DNA of 64,000 nucleotides from Auanema rhodensis. Its lineage: Eukaryota > Animalia > Nematoda. Positions 55,559 to 64,000 of this stretch are shown here, piece after piece (position 1 is the stretch's first letter; each line of letters starts with the position of its first letter). A program made the translations under genes and the position numbers. The DNA lies in assembly GCA_964057225.1 (NCBI GenBank), contig OZ059897.1, positions 11,842,001 to 11,906,000 of the forward strand, written 5' to 3'. The notes under the pieces are model-generated. The model did no database searches and was not told the DNA's origin. It saw only the letters and a program-made list of their open reading frames with translations.

Positions 55559-56647
55559 TAAAGTATACATATTATACTAAAAGAAATGCACTTTTTTATA
55601 TAATATATATGTATATATATAGCTCATATAATGTCAAATAACAATAACTTTAATACGCTTGGTAAAGTTAAAAATCATATATAGAGCTAGTAGATACACA
55701 TATACAATACCTGCTTTTTAATTTTAAATTAAAACAATCTCAAGGGTATTCCTGTAAGTCGTGTAAACATTTTTAATTTATTAGAACGCTTGCAAGAAAG
55801 CCTTAACTTTAATTTAAACAAAAAATTCTTTTTCTTTTTTTTTTAATTTTTTCATTTCCTAAAAAGAATTCAGAGGTTTTTTCATCTGTTTTATAAATAT
55901 TCTATATAAGATATGAGATATTAAAGCCAGGTGTAATAGAATAGCGTCATAATCATGTTACTATATTATGAAAACAAAGAATGAAGAAGAAAAGCCTGAT
56001 GGTAGAATATGAAATTAAGGTTACTTTTTTTGAAAAAAAAAATAAATAAAGAAGCGTTTTCCTTGTTTTTTTAGAAAATTCGTATGAATATTGTAACTTG
56101 GTTTCATACAAAATATTATTTTCTTAAAAAATGTTCTGTAGCATAAAACCTTATTTTATGAATATATTAAAACAATTTCAATATTTATAGTAAAATGTGA
56201 ATATTTCAAAAGAGATATGTAGATTATATAAGTATTCAAAAAAAATATATGTAATAGTATGTACACATGTATGTATAACGGCAAATTACATGTCTCATAA
56301 CTGAATTATGAGATCATTTTGTGCTTCATTTTTCTTCTTTTTCGATTTCTAGCATCATCCAGTTATTAGAAATATCATTAGTAGTAGCATTGTCATTATC
56401 ATCTCTTCTTTTCTTGTGAAACTATTGTGATAAGTCACGTTAAGCCTCCAAGAGGGACCAGCCTACTTTGCCTTTTAGCCACGCCTCCGGCCTCGATAGC
56501 TCAACGTTGTCTACATTGGAAAAGCCACTCAGCTGCAGTTTTGAAGTAATTTCAAACAAGCTCTACCACTCATTTACAAAGCTCTGTAATATTCTTTGAT
56601 AATTACTTTGTGGAAAAGAAGTAAACTTACTACGCCAATCATTTTTT

Positions 56648-59600
56648 ATGTTGTATCCAACATTAACTTTAAATCTTATTATTTTTGGTAAGTTGAATGT
56701 TTTTTTTTAAAAGATGATATCATAATTTATATAACAGAAAGAACGAGAAAAACACTCATAATTTTGAAAATTGATAATAATTTTAACAATATTTTGAGAT
56801 GACCTTATACAATACAATTTGTATTGACCTTTAAACATATATTTTTTAATATATTCATAATTATTATATATAATATAATTACTAAAAAGTACTCATCATA
56901 TTCAAACAATTTGGAAGTGCTTTGAGAAAAACAAAAAAAGTCAGTTTTGTTAACATTTTTGCTTGATTATTATTGAGATTAGTTGAGAAGTCAAATGCAG
57001 ACTTGGTTGAGAGGAAAACAAACTAATTTGGTGAAATTCTCTTTTAAATAAAACTATACTCATGAAATCTGTTTGAATCTTTCTCTAATTTTACGCGAGT
57101 TTTGGAATTTGAATGAGATTGAACATCACTATTAACAAACATTTGTATCCGTTCCAGTTGCCCGTACTTGAAGAGAACATTGGTGTAAAAATAAAATTTA
57201 ACCGATAGTAAGAAGAGATTAGAATGTAAAGATTCGTAGTATTTTTCAAGCAAAAAAACCTGGTTTCCTGCTGATTTTCTATATCCTGGCTTATTCTTCG
57301 TTGCCACGGTCTCCTTCTTCTTCAACACCTCTTCTCCCACGTTCATCATCATCTTTCATTGCTAATTCTGCTTCTTTTCTTTCACTTTTCTCCATTTTTT
57401 GTAGAAGAATATTTTATAATCGGATAAAAATCTGCTTTATGGTGTTTGTCGTGATTAAAGATATGTGAGAAGCAAACCAATAAGAAAACAAAAAAAAAGG
57501 AAAATGTTTGTTTTTTTCATGACAATGATCTTTCGTTCTACCACTTCATTTTCAATTCCATCTATTCAAATGCTGTTTTTTGCTAGAACTGACCAGAAAG
57601 TTCAAATTGAAGTTACCATAGGAAACCATGCTTTTTTCCTGTTTTCACCAATTGATTTAGTATTCCAAATTTTTTTCTTTTCTAAGTACTGAGTAGGCTA
57701 TGCATTAGTTAAAACCCTTATTGATAATTCCAAGTTAAATATTTTAAATTTGCGTATTCTATTGATTTATAAGAATTTTATAAGAAAAAAAAAGCTATAC
57801 GAAATTTTGTACTCATTCCTTGACGTCAATTAATAGTCATGTTTTTCGTCTTTTTAGCTACTAATACTACCTTTTTGCTAAGATTTGTCTTTTTCTTATG
57901 TTCTTGATAGCAATACGAAAAATAGAAAGGAAAAGCTTGGAATCTTTGCAAGACAAACCATAAAAACGACACACTCTGACCATTTAATCCATTCATTGCT
58001 TTCAATTGATCTTCTAAACCGAAGAAAACCAATCCCTTTTGAAATGATTGAAAGAACTTTGGAAAATTTCCTCATTTTTGAGAGGTTGTACCCACTGCTT
58101 TAATCCTATTCATCAATCTCACAAATGTTAAGTCAGTATTCGATGAGGTCCAGATGATATTAAACGATGAACTCTCGGAGCAATTCGATGTCGCAAAAAA
58201 AAATTCTGAAAATGGGAAAGCTTAGAGTTTAAAAAAGTGAAAAAGGTTATTGGAGGGTGAGGAACAAAAAAAAAGAAAGAAAGGAAGAAAGAAAGTGGAA
58301 AGGCGCTCAACACAAAAGACGAAGCACCCTCGTTCTATCTTACTATTATAGAAAGATATATTACCAAAAACGTATCGTAAGAATGACTATAATGTCTTAA
58401 AAATTAAAATTTTTCCATTTCCAATAAAAAAATTGAAATTCCTTTTGTTTTTTTGTTAGTTAGCATACATTGATAAATATTATTTACCGAAGAAAGCTGT
58501 GATCATTAGCAATGAATTGAAATTACTATTATAACTATTGCAGCCAAATATTAAATAATGATAATTTGAATGATAAATTAAGCAAAGCATTCGATTTATT
58601 CAAAAATATTTATTTGTTTAGTTATTTTAATAAAAATGATTAGCTTTAAAGTAGAATTGTCCCAAAAGAAGAAGAACCACAAAGAATTGAACGCCTCGAC
58701 CTTTCCGCGACATCACTTGCTTCCGGTCCACCAAGATCATGTACAAGCAATTGCCTCCCTGTTATATAGTCATAAATTCTAAAGCTTGTCAAAAATCAAA
58801 AAATGAATAAAAAGAACAAATCGTGCCCTTAAAAACGTTATTCAAATATGTGTATTTGCATTTATGGAGTTTGAACTTAAAGCAATTTCGGAAAACGTTT
58901 TAGTGAAATAAAGAACATGAAATGTCCTTGAAGTAACATTTCAAATAATAATAATAACTGTCCAGAATTATTTTTCAGCTTTAACTATAAATAAATCGAT
59001 GTATAAAATGTGAATCATGACAACTATTGCTCTGCTCTATAATTATTGACAGCACATCTAGCATCATATTTAATGACTACCTTTTTTCGTCTCATTATAT
59101 CCGTCTTTGTCAATCAACTGACTTTTGAGCTGTTCATCCAAAATAAAACTATATAGATATTATATATATAAAGAGATAGAGATAAAGAGAAAGAGAGAGG
59201 GGTGAAGGGGGTCGTTAGAGGTAAAAGAAATAAGGAAAGACAAAGAGAGAATGAAAAATACATCAAAAACTAATTCCGTAGTTGGTTTGGTAACTTTGAT
59301 TCTTTTTTTCTCTTTTTTTTTAAATTGTTAAACTAAGTAATGCTCAGGATTGGAAAGTCGAATGCATTTAGCCGGAGTATTTAGTTTGACGTTCACCGCG
59401 CTATGACTAAGACCAGTCGCATCATCCTGAATTTGTACTTACAAGAATTCGAATATTAATAAGACGAAAGGAGAAGAAGGGTTCAGTGAGATGACCGCCT
59501 CCATATGTCCATCTTTTCGCTTGCAAGGCTGTTGGATCCAATAAAAGTATTATAAGCAGCGTTTCGTGCTTGATATGCTCATTAGGTTTTCCTATTTATT

Positions 59601-61554
59601 GAACTCGTTTGGAACAAAGTGACCGTATATCCTTATATTCTCATATTTCAAGATTAGATAGCAAAATAGAAAAAAGAGATAAAATGGGTTGGGTAGCAAA
59701 GAAAAATGTAAGCTCAAGAAGGAACTATATACATAATAACAAAAATAAGAGCAAGTTCAAACGTGAAATATACAATTCTTTTGAATATTTAATTTTATAT
59801 AATATTTCATCATATGCATAGTTACATATAATTGAAAAGTGTAATTTTTGATATTTGATATGAAGTTTTTTTTTAATTTTTCACAAAATAAGCTTTAATC
59901 CCTCCCAACTTTTTGATCTCTAATGTATTTCATTCTAAAATGTAAAATATATGAAAAGATATATGTATAAATTGAATATATCTTTCTACTCAAATTGCTA
60001 TTTCAATAAGGAATTTTTTATTAATTTAAGAATTGATCTATTTGCTCCATCACGATGAGCAAGTGCTATAAGCTGATATATGTATGACCGAAATATAGTA
60101 GTATTATGTATTTATAAATATATATTTCTTTTATAGAATGTATTTATAAATAAAGCTAATAATACAAAAGCTTTTCTTTTTTTTTTCAACTCAAAACAAG
60201 TTCTAACTTTATTTTATTTTTATTTATTTCAAATCCATTCTTTTGTATCAAAGAAAACATTTTTTTGTACGTTTTATACAATCGAATGAAGTGGAAATCA
60301 GCTTATGATAAGAGAGCGGATGACAAAAAAAAGATTCGAAGTTGCACAAATATTTGGCAAAATATTAGATTTCGATTATATAAAAGCTTGAAATCAACAT
60401 ACATTATGCGAAATAACTGAATAATTATTTCTTTGATCATTTTGAATTGTTAGAAACAAAATTAAAATAACTGAAAACAATAAAAAATATAACAAGTTGT
60501 TACTATTGTTTGTTAATTTTTGCTAGAAATAATTATAATAGAAACTCAATTCAATATAATATAATAGTGGAATCGAATATTTTATAAATGAATCCAGTAG
60601 ACATAATTATTAACTTTTAATTATTTGCATCATAAACCAAATTTAAATACTATTCTACTTAGTATTAAAGATAATTTGTACTTTACGTTTATAACTCTTC
60701 ACCTTTAAAAATATAATATTAGCTTTTAACAAACTTAAACAGAGATTAAATAAGCTTGACATCATAAAGTATTTTCATCAAAATCTTTGAAATATGTATG
60801 ACATACAACTCGCATTCATACATTCATTCATTCATTCATTCATCTTTACTTGATATGAACATTTATAAGCGAATGTCATTCACAAGTAAATATTTAAACT
60901 TTCAATAATTAACATCAAAATAGGAAAAAAAACTTTTTTCTAACTGGATTTTTCAAATTAAATATATTTCAATCTTTTAGGTGGCCTTGGACTACTATTA
61001 AATTTATCTTCAATTGTTCCATTACTCAACCAAAAAAAAGGAAAAACAATATTGTGAGGGATTTTTGCAATTTTCTTATAAATTTACAACGTAATTGATG
61101 TCTATATGATTTTTTTTAGAGATAATCCTGGTCATCTTCCACTGTTGCTTCTACTACTTTTCGATTTAGGCTTGTCAATAATTCTGATTGCTCCAATTTA
61201 TTCTTTTCTTACAGAAAGGTATTTTAACTTTATTATATATATAGATAGATAGATAGATATTAAAAATATTCTCGTTGTATATAGAAAACAAAGATTCTTT
61301 TGTCGTCTATCAAAACCAATTTTTTTTATACATTCATCCTGGATATTTCTCTCAAATAAGCTTGTAAAATAAGTGTGTTCGGGTTAAACTAATGGAATAA
61401 ATGTGCTGACCAATAATCAGATGTTCATCAATTAAATTCAAAATTAAAACTTATTTTTAAAAATGCTATTGATATTCAAAGATTATTCTTTTTTCAATAG
61501 GATGTTTAATATTATATTTTATATGTATATATGCATCATTATGCATAATTTACC

Positions 61555-61585
<31 letters not shown>

Positions 61586-63202
61586 GCATTAAAAATAATT
61601 TTTAACTGGTATTACACCAATGATTTAAATATGAATTTCTGAGAATACTTAGTGTTCTGCATACCCATGAAAACCTTTCAAATTCCTTTTAAAATCATTG
61701 GAAGATTTTTTGTTAGACGTTCTCTGACCAGTTAGTTCAAATAATCCTAGTATTCGAAGGAAAAGAAGAAAAATTTTCATTTCCATTCTTTATTCATCAA
61801 ACCATGGATTACAACAAATAATTATACTGAAAATAATTACAAAACTAAATGTTAAAACAGATATTTTTCGAGTTGTTATACAATTAACCTTTCTTTCAAA
61901 AAATTTGTTGAGCTTTTATCAGCTTTATTAACTAAATTTTATATTTTCTCTTATAAATAAACAATTCTCTAACTTGGTTGATTCCTCGTTTTAGAACACA
62001 ATTAACAAACTCATTCTTCATGTTTTAGCCCGGTTTTCAACGAGTCTACATGCCAGCTTTATGGATCTTTAGACATGGCCTTATCTTTGGGGCAAATTGT
62101 AACTGCTTGCACAATTGCTTTTGATCGTTATATATCCACCATTTCTCCAAAATGGGGTTTGTTCCTCAAAAAAAAACATTTATATGTATTATTCTATTTT
62201 AGGAAAATGGAGATGTCATGGTAATTACATAAAACTTATCTGTGTAATTCTGCTAAGTGTTGCTTTATGGAGTCTTGTACCCATATTTGGATATGGTAAA
62301 TATGATCTCTTCTTAGATGGTCAATTCTGTTCATTAGATTGGAAACAGGTAAAAAAACAGCTAAACTTATATTCCATAATTAATATTATTAGGGAGATAT
62401 CGATGACTCTTCGACGAACACAGCGAAAGAACAAGCTCACCGATATATTGCATTTCTTACCGCTACCTGTTTGGTTTTCTTTCTGATTCCCGTGTGCATT
62501 GCCTCTTCATTCTATTATAGTGTCATTGATCATGTTGAAAGGTTTCAATTCATGTTAAATCCGTAAACTTCCTCCTTTTTTTAGATTGAACTCTTCCGAA
62601 ATCAGAGAAGATACGAACCTCAATTCTCCAACATCAAAGTGCCCTTGGGCTTTTCAGAACCATGTTGCAAAAGTATGAATGAAAATTTATTAATTAAATA
62701 AGTATGTTATTCAGGTCGGTCTTGGTTGTTTGTTATCGTCTACAATACCTTACTTGGCATATTCAATAGTTTGTTTAAATCCTATGAAATCGGACTTTCG
62801 AAACGCCAGTTATGTGGTTGTCCCAGTAATTGCTAGTCGTTTTGCTCCACTTCTAAATCCCATCATGTATATATGGTAGAGTTTTTTATATTTGTGATAT
62901 TTAACAAAGCTTGTTCAGGCTGAATTCAGAAGTTGTACCAATTGATGCATGGATAGCTGAGAAATGGGCCAAGCCCAAACCTAGAGCATCCAGTGCTCGG
63001 AACTATCAAACTATTAGCCTTATGATGAATGTACCAGGCGTGACGTTTCCAATTTTAACTCCTTCTGTGCCTAGAAGACAACTACCAAAAGTAATTCACT
63101 ATATAATGTTTAAAATTAACATTTTTCTCATTTAAGATTCCTCCGCATCTGGTGTCGCCTTCAAAAAGACCTAGTATTTCGTTTTTCGATGAACAACAGT
63201 GA
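56648..63202 (+). CDS. sro-1: Nemopsin (opsin-family GPCR lacking the retinal-binding lysine), sro-1-like
   Basis: A 40-nt first exon (MLYPTLTLNLIIF-G, 56648-56687) splices in phase to 60981. Motifs TCQLYG, AFDRY, WSLVPIFGYGKY, CSLDW, PVIASRFAPLLNPIMY; TGA 63200-63202. The first-exon assignment is less certain than the rest. Confidence 0.88.
61555..61582. repeat. (AT)n microsatellite in a nemopsin intron
   Basis: Perfect AT run. Confidence 0.85.
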
Positions 63203-64000
63203 ATGCTGCAATAAATGATTTTAAAAATTATGTTATTAAAAACTTCACGGGTCCTAGTCTTGATTAGAAAATATATTTACTATTTTGCTTCATTTGTGTT
63301 CTTACGGCTAGTTTTGCATTTTATGTAATTGTGTGAACATTTTGTTCGTCAAACGGATAATAAATTGTTATTAGATTGCTAACTTTGAACAATTTTATAC
63401 TATAAGTACAATCAAAAACATCGAAACATTAACTCACGATCACACGATTTGTTTTTCTTTTGTTATCTTTCTTTTCTTTTTTTCATCGTTTCCTCCTTAT
63501 CTGAAGAAACAATGTCTTAAAATAGTATGAATAAGTAAAGGCATGCTTCAGTTCATTCATTAAGGTCCATCATATATTCTATAAGGGTTGATGGAAAGTT
63601 TTCAGTATATACTAAACCAAAACAGACGAGAAAATTTTTTTCTTTTACATCCTTGCTTAAAATAACAAATTCGTAATAATATATAATTGTACGAAAGAAT
63701 AGGCTAAATAAAGTTTTATTCGATTTTTCCATTTATCATATTTATCGTCGATTTTCTCTGTTTTACTATTATATTTAAGGATTGAATAAAAATTAAATTG
63801 ACAATTTGAACTGACATGAACATATTATTGAATTCAATTAGCAATTAGAAGTCATTATCGATTAACATTTCTAAAAGCTTTTCTCAATAGTGTTTGCATT
63901 TGTGCAGCCCGTAAATACTACAAGAATATTACTAAGATGCCCTGAACATGCGTTGAAATGTGCGCTACGTTGATAACAGACCTTTAAAAAAAGAAAAATA

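Overview
AT-rich (~30% GC by eye) eukaryotic DNA with ~45-60 nt GT-AG introns and TTTTCAG/TTTTAG acceptors. The gene content points to a rhabditid (clade V) nematode. Spliced genes in order: DOMON/cytochrome b561 ferric-chelate reductase-like (partial, -), two-zinc-finger protein (-), oig-4 (+), cdc-42 (+), CYRI/FAM49 (-), ground-like hedgehog-related (-), agmo-1 (+), a cap-less two-pore K+ channel (+), a 4CL/luciferase-type acyl-CoA synthetase (+), amt-3-like ammonium transporter (-), ubc-6/UBE2J1 (-), aka-1/SARA-like FYVE protein (+) and an sro-1-like nemopsin (+). An ~11 kb accessory island (26.9-38.1 kb) interrupts this gene-dense block. It holds Tc1, mariner, Merlin, MITE and probable BEL/Pao remnants around an inverted pair of Srh/Sri-type chemoreceptors, one intact and one pseudogene. 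Most notable: (1) the receptor pair is a mosaic of near-identical tracts, introns included, and strongly diverged helices, suggesting patchy gene conversion with a pseudogene partner; (2) the opsin has Arg at the retinal-binding K296 site and Phe at the E181 counterion site; (3) the K2P channel has no extracellular cap; (4) a 354-bp tandem array is built from a mariner 3' end; (5) a GC-rich palindrome centred on GCCTAGGC. All exon models were read by eye and no database search was run. No tRNA, rRNA or CRISPR array was recognised.
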